Shown: positions 56,547 through 64,000 of the stretch, piece by piece
Layout: each line of letters opens with the position of its first letter
How positions within the stretch are numbered: position 1 is the stretch's first letter
Assembly: GCA_050916045.1 (NCBI GenBank)
Contig: CP051526.1
Span: 3,456,001 to 3,520,000 of the forward strand
Origin: Tepidisphaera sp.
Lineage (GTDB): Bacteria; Planctomycetota; Phycisphaerae; Phycisphaerales; UBA1924
DNA length: 64,000 bases
Direction of reading: 5' to 3'
The notes under the pieces: generated by a model
Told to the model about the DNA's origin: nothing
Seen by the model: only the letters and a program-made list of their open reading frames with translations
The model's database searches: none
Position numbers and translations under genes: made by a program

Positions 56547-59500
56547 CCAGCGGAACGCGCTCAGGTCGTGTCGAGGAGATCTTCCTTCGGGCGATCGAGC
56601 GCGAACCGGGCGAATGGCGGCACATCCTCGACACCGAGTGCGAGGGCGACAGGGAGCTCCGCGCCGAGGTCGAGTCGCTGCTGAAAAACCACGCCGACAG
56701 CGACGACTTCATGGACAGCAAGGACGCCCCCGGCAAGGGGCTCCTGACGGGATTCGAAGCCGCCGCGGGCCGCGAGGAGGCCCTTGCCCTCCCGGCCGAC
56801 GGGATGATCGGCCGCTACCGCGTGCTCGACCGGATCGGCGCCGGCGGCATGGGCGTCGTGTATCGCGCGGAACAGGACCGCCCCAAACGCACCGTGGCGC
56901 TCAAGGTCCTCCGCACCGGCCACACTTCGCCTCGGATGCTGCGCCGGTTTGAGTTCGAAGCCGAGGTCCTCGGCCGGCTTCAGCACCCCGGCATCGCGCA
57001 GGTGTACGAAGCCGGCGCCTGGACGCACGAGGGCACCACGCGCCCGTTCATCGCGATGGAACTCGTCCGCGGGCTGAACATCAGCCGTCACTGCGAGGAG
57101 AAGAATCTCGGCGTTCGCGAGCGCCTCGACCTCATCGCACGGGTCTGCGACGCGGTCCAGCACGCCCACCAGGTCGGCGTGATCCACCGCGACCTCAAGC
57201 CCGGCAACATCCTGATCGCCGAGGACGGCCAGCCCAAGCTGCTCGACTTCGGCGTCGCCCGCCCGCTCCAGAACGACCTGCAGCTCACGACGAGCATGAC
57301 CGGCCTGGGCGCGCTCATCGGCACGCTCCCCTACATGAGCCCAGAGCAGGTGCTCGGCGACCCCTCCAAGATCGACACCCGCTCGGACGTCTACGCGATG
57401 GGCGTCATCCTGTACGAACTCCTCGCCGGCAAGCTCCCGCACGACGTCCGAAGCAGGTCGCTGCCCGAAGCCGCTCGCATCATCCGCGACGAGCAACCCG
57501 CCCGCCTCAGCGGCATCGACCGGCAGTTCCGCGGAGAGATCGAAACCATCGTCAGCCAGGCTCTCGAGAAAGACCCCGCGGTCCGGTACCAGCGTGCCGC
57601 CGACCTCGCAGACGACATCCGCCGTTACCTCTCGGGCAACCCCATCCAGGCCCGCAACGCCTCGCGCTGGTACGTCGTGCAGAAGACGATCCGCAAGCAT
57701 CGCGGGTGGGTCGCCTCCGGCGTCGCGGCGTTCATGGGCCTGGGTGCCTTTGCGATCTACGCCAACCTGCAGGCCCAGAACGAGAAGATCAACCGCATCC
57801 AGGTCGAAGCGGCGCTGCTCGAAGCCAGCACGCAGCGGCGCGTCGCCGACACCCAGCGCAACGCCGCCGAGACCCAGCGCATCGCCGCGGAGACCCAGCG
57901 CGTCGAAGCCGACACGCAGCGCACCGTCGCCCGCGAAGCGGCCGCTCGCCTTGAGACCGAGCTCCGCGTCAGCACCATCGAGAACGCCCGGCTGATGTCG
58001 CGCACCGGCGACCTCGGCATCGCCGAGAAATCCCTATGGCGAGAGCACCTCCGCACGCCGAGCTCGCTCCACACCCGCTGGGCGTTGTGGGAGATGTACT
58101 ACCAGCACGGCATGGTCGCGACCGTCCAGGCGCACCCCGCGAGCATCACCGCCACCGCCGTCGCGCCCGACGGCTTCTCCTGCGCGACCGCAAGCACCGA
58201 CGCTTGCATCCGCCTCTGGCGCACCGCCGACATGTCGCCCATCCGCGAAATCAAAGCCCACACGGCCGGCACGCAGATCGTCGGGATGGCTTACTCAAGC
58301 GACGGGAAGACGCTCGTCTCGGCGGGCCGCGACCGCGCCATCGCGATTCACGACGTCGCGACGGGCGCAAGGATCAACACCGTCCTCGCGAGCACGCCCG
58401 TGGCCCGCATGGCCCTCTCGCCGGATTCGACCCGCCTCGCGGTCACCACCGACCGAGGCGTCGTCTCGATGTACGACTTCCCCTCTCTGACGGAACTCAT
58501 GAGCATCCGTCTTCCGGTGGGAACCGTCTCGGTGATCTTCTCGACCGACGGCCGGACGCTCTACATCGGCGCCCGCGACGGCGGGCTTTACGCGGTGACG
58601 CCGGAGGGCGAAACCGTCTTTGAAGCGACGCTTGCCAACGGCCATGGCGGGCAGGGGCTGGGCACGCTCGGAGTGAACCCGATCACCGGTGTGGTACTCT
58701 CCGGCGGGCGCGACCGCATGATCCGCGCGACCGACGGCGCGACGGGCAAACCGCTCGCGGGCACCCCCACCGCCAACGGCGCCGTGACCGGCCTGCGTGT
58801 CTTTGGCGACGGGTCGACGATTGTCTCCTCGGGGTGGTGGAAGCTCGATCTGCACGACGCGGTGACCATGCAGCGGAAAAAGTCGTTCACGGCCTCGGCC
58901 ATCGCGTCCCTCGAACTCTTCGGCGACGACCGGTACGCTCTCGCCGGGATGTCCACCGGCGAAGCCCGCATCTGGGAACTGACCCCGGGCGGCCGCATCG
59001 ACCTCCCCGGCCTCGAAGGTCGCGTCTCCGCCGGGTTCAGCCGCGACGGCAAACACCTCTTCACCGGCGACTCGACCGGCAGGGTCCGGATGTGGTCGCT
59101 CCCGACGCTCAAGCACGTCCGGTCGTGGAACGGGCACAAAGGCCGCGTCATGACCATCGTCGCCGGCCCCGGACCCGGCCAGGTCGTCACGACCGGACAA
59201 GACGACCGATTCCTCCGCGTGTGGGACGTCTCAACCGGCGAGCGGCTGCACGAGATCCCCAGGGTGCTCAGCGAGTCCAACGCGTCGGTCGATATCACGC
59301 CCGACGGCAAGCGATTCGCGATCGTCACCGCGGACGGCACGCTCACCGTTGGCGAGACGGACGGCTGGCGCGTGACGCACACGATGGTCAAGCAGCCGAC
59401 GGGGTACGCGTACATCGCCGCTCGCTTTAATCAGGACGGGTCGCGTCTGATGGCGAGCAACCGGAACCAATCGTCCTTCCTCTGGGACATGTCGGACCTC

Positions 59501-60055
59501 ACGCTCCCTCCCAAGACGACAACGAACCGGGAGCGCCAGCAGTGGTCGATGGCGTTCGCGCCCGATGGCAAGCACATCGCCCTGTCGTCGTGGGGGCGCG
59601 TGATCGACCTGCTGGACGCATCGACGCTCGAGCCGGTCGCGACTCTGGAGGGGCACTCGGCGCTGGTCGGCAACGTCGATTACTGCCCGACGGATTCCCG
59701 GATTCTGGCATCCACCTCCGTGGACGGAACGGTTCGCCTGTGGGACACGCGGGAGCGGCGCAACCTGTTGCTTCTGACGATCGGAGATGCGGCGGTCGAG
59801 GGGATCGTGACGAGGTTCAGTCCCGACGGCAAGACGCTGGTCGTGACGGGCTCCTACGGCGTCTGCTTCGTGCTTGATCTTGAGTACTACGACCGAGTGA
59901 TCGCGAACCACGCGCGTGTTTCGGCTTCCGCCCGCGGGGAGGCGGAGATCGATCCGGCGGAATTCGCCGCTCTCAACCAGTGGACGAACCGTCTGCTGGC
60001 CCAGCCATGGCCGAGGCTTGGCAAATCGACCGATTCCGCCGCGAGCGGCCGCTGA
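56543..60055 (+). CDS. Hanks-type Ser/Thr kinase with TM helix, coiled coil and WD40 repeats
   Basis: IGAGGMGVVY, VALK, HRDLKPGN, DFG and GTLPYMSPEQ; TM segment; many WD40 units. Start overlaps the ECF stop. Confidence 0.92.
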   Translation: MTSGTRSGRVEEIFLRAIEREPGEWRHILDTECEGDRELRAEVESLLKNHADSDDFMDSKDAPGKGLLTGFEAAAGREEALALPADGMIGRYRVLDRIGAGGMGVVYRAEQDRPKRTVALKVLRTGHTSPRMLRRFEFEAEVLGRLQHPGIAQVYEAGAWTHEGTTRPFIAMELVRGLNISRHCEEKNLGVRERLDLIARVCDAVQHAHQVGVIHRDLKPGNILIAEDGQPKLLDFGVARPLQNDLQLTTSMTGLGALIGTLPYMSPEQVLGDPSKIDTRSDVYAMGVILYELLAGKLPHDVRSRSLPEAARIIRDEQPARLSGIDRQFRGEIETIVSQALEKDPAVRYQRAADLADDIRRYLSGNPIQARNASRWYVVQKTIRKHRGWVASGVAAFMGLGAFAIYANLQAQNEKINRIQVEAALLEASTQRRVADTQRNAAETQRIAAETQRVEADTQRTVAREAAARLETELRVSTIENARLMSRTGDLGIAEKSLWREHLRTPSSLHTRWALWEMYYQHGMVATVQAHPASITATAVAPDGFSCATASTDACIRLWRTADMSPIREIKAHTAGTQIVGMAYSSDGKTLVSAGRDRAIAIHDVATGARINTVLASTPVARMALSPDSTRLAVTTDRGVVSMYDFPSLTELMSIRLPVGTVSVIFSTDGRTLYIGARDGGLYAVTPEGETVFEATLANGHGGQGLGTLGVNPITGVVLSGGRDRMIRATDGATGKPLAGTPTANGAVTGLRVFGDGSTIVSSGWWKLDLHDAVTMQRKKSFTASAIASLELFGDDRYALAGMSTGEARIWELTPGGRIDLPGLEGRVSAGFSRDGKHLFTGDSTGRVRMWSLPTLKHVRSWNGHKGRVMTIVAGPGPGQVVTTGQDDRFLRVWDVSTGERLHEIPRVLSESNASVDITPDGKRFAIVTADGTLTVGETDGWRVTHTMVKQPTGYAYIAARFNQDGSRLMASNRNQSSFLWDMSDLTLPPKTTTNRERQQWSMAFAPDGKHIALSSWGRVIDLLDASTLEPVATLEGHSALVGNVDYCPTDSRILASTSVDGTVRLWDTRERRNLLLLTIGDAAVEGIVTRFSPDGKTLVVTGSYGVCFVLDLEYYDRVIANHARVSASARGEAEIDPAEFAALNQWTNRLLAQPWPRLGKSTDSAASGR
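57830..57934 (+). repeat. Five degenerate 21-bp repeats encoding TQRxxA(D/E) heptads
   Basis: TQRRVAD TQRNAAE TQRIAAE TQRVEAD TQRTVAR. Confidence 0.8.
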
Positions 60056-60076
60056 TCTCTGGCCGGCGGGAACGGA

Positions 60077-60679
60077 TCACTTGGGATATTCGAAGGGGAT
60101 CGGGACGCCCGTGCGGAGTGATTCACGGATGGGTCCGCGCCAGTTGGTGAACGTCTCGATCAGGTACGGGTTCCTGTCCGGATCGTGGTCGAACCGCTGA
60201 GCTTCGTCGTACGCGGCTTCGGGCGTCACGTTTTCCTGGAAGTTCCTGTACAGCATCACGACGCAACCGGTGCGTTCGGACCCGGCGGAGCAGTGGACCA
60301 GGACGGGCTGCGCCGACGGATCGTTCATGATCCGGAGAGCCTTGACGTACGCGTTGGGGTCGCCGCGCGAATCACCCTCAAGCCGGAAGACATACCGCTT
60401 GATCCCGAGGGCTTCCGCGGTGCGCTGCTCGCGCTGCTCTTCGATCGAGCCCGGCTCCCACGCTCCGAAATCGATGATGGTCCGGATCCCCTTCTCGCCG
60501 TGAACGCGGGTGATCGCCCCGGGAGACAAGCGGCCGGACCGGTAGATCTTCCCCTCGGCCACCACACCGAACCGCCGCGGCACGAACTCGGGCCGGATCA
60601 CCGTCGCGTACACGACGCCTGAGGTCGCCAGCACCGCTGCGGCGATCAAGGACCAACGAACTCGACGGGCCATCGGCAT
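60077..60679 (-). CDS. Protein tyrosine/dual-specificity phosphatase family protein
   Basis: IYRSG, GIRTIIDF and the CX5R motif VLVHCSAGSERTG; N-terminal hydrophobic segment. Confidence 0.8.
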   Translation of the reverse strand: MPMARRVRWSLIAAAVLATSGVVYATVIRPEFVPRRFGVVAEGKIYRSGRLSPGAITRVHGEKGIRTIIDFGAWEPGSIEEQREQRTAEALGIKRYVFRLEGDSRGDPNAYVKALRIMNDPSAQPVLVHCSAGSERTGCVVMLYRNFQENVTPEAAYDEAQRFDHDPDRNPYLIETFTNWRGPIRESLRTGVPIPFEYPK

Positions 60680-60724
60680 GCGAGAGCGTAGGTCGCGGCC
60701 CGAACGGGGAACGTACACTCCCGT

Positions 60725-61402
60725 GTGCCCGCCAAACCCCGATCCAACCCGAGACTCGATGACGATGGCAGCGGCCGCCGCTCCGCATACCCGGCCGCGG
60801 TGCAGCGGCTGATCGGCGAGTTCGCGCGGCTCCCCGGGATCGGCCGGCGATCCGCCGAGCGGCTCGCGTTCTTCATCTTGAAGTCCGCGCCGCAGGATGC
60901 GCTGGGCCTCGCCCGCGCGATCCAAGAGGTAAAGGAGTCGGTCAAGCACTGCCGGGTCTGCTCCAACCTGTCGGACGACGTGGTCTGCTCGGTGTGCGCG
61001 GATGCTTCGCGCGACCGGCGGACGGTGCTGGTGGTGGAGCAGCCCAAGGACCTGATCGCCCTGGAGCAGACGGGGATGTACAAGGGGCTGTACCACGTGC
61101 TTCTCGGACGGTTGTCGCCGCTCGAAGGTATCGGACCTGAGCACCTCACCGCCGGGGACCTCCTGCAAAGAGTGGACCACTCAGATTCAAACCCGGGGGG
61201 GGTCAAGGTCGAAGAAGTGATCATGGGGCTGAACCCCACGCTCGAAGGAGACGGCACCGCGCTGTTCCTGAGCGAACAACTCCGGGCCCGCGGCGTGCGG
61301 GTCAGCCGACTCGCCAGGGGGTTGCCCAGCGGGTCAAGCCTCGAGTTCGCGAACAAGTCCGTGCTCGCGGACGCGATCGTCGGACGGCAGCGGGTGGACT
61401 AG
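60725..61402 (+). CDS. recR: Recombination mediator RecR
   Basis: LPGIGRRSAERLAF, C4 zinc finger, YHVLLGRLSPLEG and NPTLEGDGT. Confidence 0.96.
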   Translation: MPAKPRSNPRLDDDGSGRRSAYPAAVQRLIGEFARLPGIGRRSAERLAFFILKSAPQDALGLARAIQEVKESVKHCRVCSNLSDDVVCSVCADASRDRRTVLVVEQPKDLIALEQTGMYKGLYHVLLGRLSPLEGIGPEHLTAGDLLQRVDHSDSNPGGVKVEEVIMGLNPTLEGDGTALFLSEQLRARGVRVSRLARGLPSGSSLEFANKSVLADAIVGRQRVD

Positions 61403-61453
61403 CCCTCACGTCCCCCACTCCCACCCGCGGCGGAAGGACAAGCGGATCACTTG

Positions 61454-62902
61454 ATGCGATTCGAGACCTCACAACACATGAAGATGGGCCAGTCGATGCG
61501 GCTGGCCCCGCGGATGATCCAGTCGATGGAGATTCTGCAGATGCCCCTCGCCGAACTCGAGGAACGCATCGAACGTGAGCTCGAAAGCAACCCCACCCTT
61601 GAGATCATCGAACGCGAGCCCGGCGACCCCGTGGAAGCCGCCGACGCCGCCGGACGCGCCCTCACCGAACTGACCAAGCGGGCCGGTCTGGACCGCCTCC
61701 GCCGCAACAACGGCGAGCGCGACGCCAAGACCGACGCGATGTCGGCCGAGCCGGCGCGGTCCGAATCCCTCCTCGAACAGCTTCAGCACCAGTGGTCTTT
61801 GGTGGAGGTCAACGCGCACACGCGAGCGATGGGCGAGCTCCTGCTCTCGCACCTGGACGCGGACGGATACCTGCGGACGCCGCTCGTGACCATCGCCGAG
61901 CGTGCATCCACCGCGGACCACCCCACCACCGTCGCGGACCTGGAGACGGCCCTCAAGGGCTTGCAGCTCTTCCTCGAGCCCGCGGGGATCGCGGCCCGGG
62001 ACGTGCGCGAGTGCCTGCTGCTTCAGCTTGACGCGATGGCGGAGTCCGAATCTCCGCCGGACCCGATCATCGTCTCGCACGCTCACCGACTCGTCGCGGA
62101 CCACCTCGACGATCTGATGAAGAACCGTCTGCCGCGGGTCGCGGAAAAGACGGGGTATTCGATGGTCGAGATCCGCGAAGCCATCGACCTGATGCGCCGC
62201 CTCAGCCTGCACCCGGGCCGCCGCCTCGTGCCCGATGAACCCAGCGGCATCGTCCCCGACGCGATCGTCGAGTATGAACCCGACGGCGACCGCTATCTCG
62301 TGTACCTCAACGACGCCCGGCTTCCGAACCTCCGCGTCAATCAGGAATACGCCAAGCTCGCCAAGGACAAGAAAGCAATCGACCAGCGCGGCCGCGATTT
62401 CATCAAGACCAACCTCAGCAACGCCCAGTGGCTGATGGAAGCCGTCGGCCAGCGGCGGCAAACGCTCCTGCGCGTCGTCGAGCGCGTCGTCGAGCACCAG
62501 CGCGACTTCTTCGACCAGGGCCCGCAAGCCCTCAAGACGCTCCCGATGTCCGTCATCGCGGATGAGCTGGGTGTTCACCTCGCGACCATCAGCCGGGCCG
62601 TCTCCGAGAAGTACATCGCGACCCCGCGCGGCGTCTGGCCCCTCCGCAAGTTCTTCTCCGGCGGCCTTTCGACCAAAGCCGACGCCGAAACCGGCGAGGG
62701 CGGCGGCGAGGACATGGCGTGGGAAGCGATCAAGATCGCTCTCCGCGAGGTCATCGACGCGGAAGACAAGTCCAAGCCCCTCTCGGACGACGCTCTCGCC
62801 GACGCCCTGAAGAAGCGGGGCATCGAGATCGCACGCCGGACCGTCGCGAAGTACCGCGACCAGCTCAGCATCCCGCCCGCACGCCTGCGGCGGACGTTCT
62901 GA
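61454..62902 (+). CDS. rpoN: RNA polymerase sigma-54 factor
   Basis: MIQSMEILQM...ESNPTLE and the RpoN box ARRTVAKYR. Confidence 0.96.
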   Translation: MRFETSQHMKMGQSMRLAPRMIQSMEILQMPLAELEERIERELESNPTLEIIEREPGDPVEAADAAGRALTELTKRAGLDRLRRNNGERDAKTDAMSAEPARSESLLEQLQHQWSLVEVNAHTRAMGELLLSHLDADGYLRTPLVTIAERASTADHPTTVADLETALKGLQLFLEPAGIAARDVRECLLLQLDAMAESESPPDPIIVSHAHRLVADHLDDLMKNRLPRVAEKTGYSMVEIREAIDLMRRLSLHPGRRLVPDEPSGIVPDAIVEYEPDGDRYLVYLNDARLPNLRVNQEYAKLAKDKKAIDQRGRDFIKTNLSNAQWLMEAVGQRRQTLLRVVERVVEHQRDFFDQGPQALKTLPMSVIADELGVHLATISRAVSEKYIATPRGVWPLRKFFSGGLSTKADAETGEGGGEDMAWEAIKIALREVIDAEDKSKPLSDDALADALKKRGIEIARRTVAKYRDQLSIPPARLRRTF

Positions 62903-62949
62903 AAGCGATCGCTCGCGCGATCGTCTCTTTGAGAACCTAACCTCCGCTC

Positions 62950-64000
62950 GTGGACGACGTGCTTCGACATCTGGCCCTCGGGCTGAAAGACTGCCTGACG
63001 ACCGATCGATACCGAGTTTCAAGGCGACTCCGCCAGCTTCGCGACGACCTCGACCGCGGCCGGAAGATTCCCGAAGCCGAGATCGACAGGCTCTATCAGG
63101 CCGTCACCGAATGCCGCGAACGCGCCGCCAGGCACATCGCCCGCCTGCCGCAGACCTCGTACCCGCCCGAGCTTCCCGTCAGCCAGAAGCGCGAGGAGAT
63201 CATCGCCGCCATCCGCGACCACCAGGTCGTCGTCGTCTGTGGCGAGACCGGAAGCGGCAAGACCACGCAGCTCCCCAAGATCTGCATCGACGCCGGCCGC
63301 GGCCGCACGGGCCTCATCGGCCACACCCAGCCGCGCCGCTTGGCCGCACGCTCGGTCGCCGCCCGCATCGCGGAGGAACTCGGCGTGGAGCTCGGCAACG
63401 CGGTCGGGTACAAGGTCCGCTTCGGCGACAAGACCTCGCCCAACACGATCATCAAGCTCATGACCGACGGCATCCTGCTGACCGAGACGCAGCACGACCG
63501 CCCGCTCGCCCACTACGACACCATCATCATCGACGAAGCCCACGAACGCTCGCTCAACATCGACTTCCTCCTCGGCTACCTCAAACAGCTCCTCCCCAAG
63601 CGGCCCGACCTCAAGGTCATCATCACCTCGGCGACGATCGACCCCAAGCGGCTGAGCTTGCACTTCAGCAACGCTCCGATCATCGAGGTCTCGGGCCGCA
63701 CGTACCCCGTCGAGATCCGGTACAAGCCGCTCACCCGCGGCGAGGACGAGGAGGACCTTCGCGTCGAGGACGGCCTCGTCCACGCGCTGGATGAGATCCA
63801 CCGCGAGGGCGAGGGCGATGTGCTCGTGTTCCTCCCCGGCGAGCGTGAGATCCGACAAGCCGCCGACCACCTCGCGGACCACTTTCCGCGCGGCGTCGAG
63901 GTCGTCCCGCTTTACGCCCGCCTCTCCAACCACGAACAGCACAAGATCTTCGAGCGCACCCGCCCCGGGTATCGCCGCATCGTTCTCGCGACCAACATCG
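62950..64000 (+). CDS. hrpA: ATP-dependent RNA helicase HrpA (3' truncated)
   Basis: YPPELPVSQKR, GETGSGKTTQLPK, TQPRRLAA, MTDGILL, DEAHERSLN, SAT and LPGEREI. Frame is open to the window end. Confidence 0.93.
   Translation, partial: MDDVLRHLALGLKDCLTTDRYRVSRRLRQLRDDLDRGRKIPEAEIDRLYQAVTECRERAARHIARLPQTSYPPELPVSQKREEIIAAIRDHQVVVVCGETGSGKTTQLPKICIDAGRGRTGLIGHTQPRRLAARSVAARIAEELGVELGNAVGYKVRFGDKTSPNTIIKLMTDGILLTETQHDRPLAHYDTIIIDEAHERSLNIDFLLGYLKQLLPKRPDLKVIITSATIDPKRLSLHFSNAPIIEVSGRTYPVEIRYKPLTRGEDEEDLRVEDGLVHALDEIHREGEGDVLVFLPGEREIRQAADHLADHFPRGVEVVPLYARLSNHEQHKIFERTRPGYRRIVLATNI

Overview
GC-rich bacterial chromosomal segment, most consistent with a planctomycete (Phycisphaerales-like): prepilin-type H-X9-DG proteins, GC-ending dockerin-like secreted proteins, an ECF sigma/Ser-Thr kinase pair and a very long FliD. 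Most of it is core genome (truB, ribD, rlmKL, adk, rpmA, dnaA, carB, gdhA, nfo, queF, fliD/fliS, fabD/fabG, recR, rpoN, hrpA, tRNA-Leu(CAG)), interspersed with surface and secreted proteins and two small toxin-antitoxin-like pairs. No integrase, transposase, prophage or CRISPR array was seen. Most notable: (i) a translationally coupled pair of a ~1.6 kaa collagen/tail-fibre-like trimer protein and a small dockerin-like anchor protein, a candidate uncharacterised surface-fibre system; (ii) four secreted proteins sharing a dockerin-like tag; (iii) a TAnnnT hexamer 5-9 nt before the start codon of 18 genes, suggesting widespread leaderless transcription; (iv) paired DnaA boxes and a structured leader before a dnaA that lacks an adjacent dnaN; (v) a fused double-permease sugar/AI-2-type ABC operon without an ATPase gene. 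All family assignments are by motif recognition only; no database searches were run.
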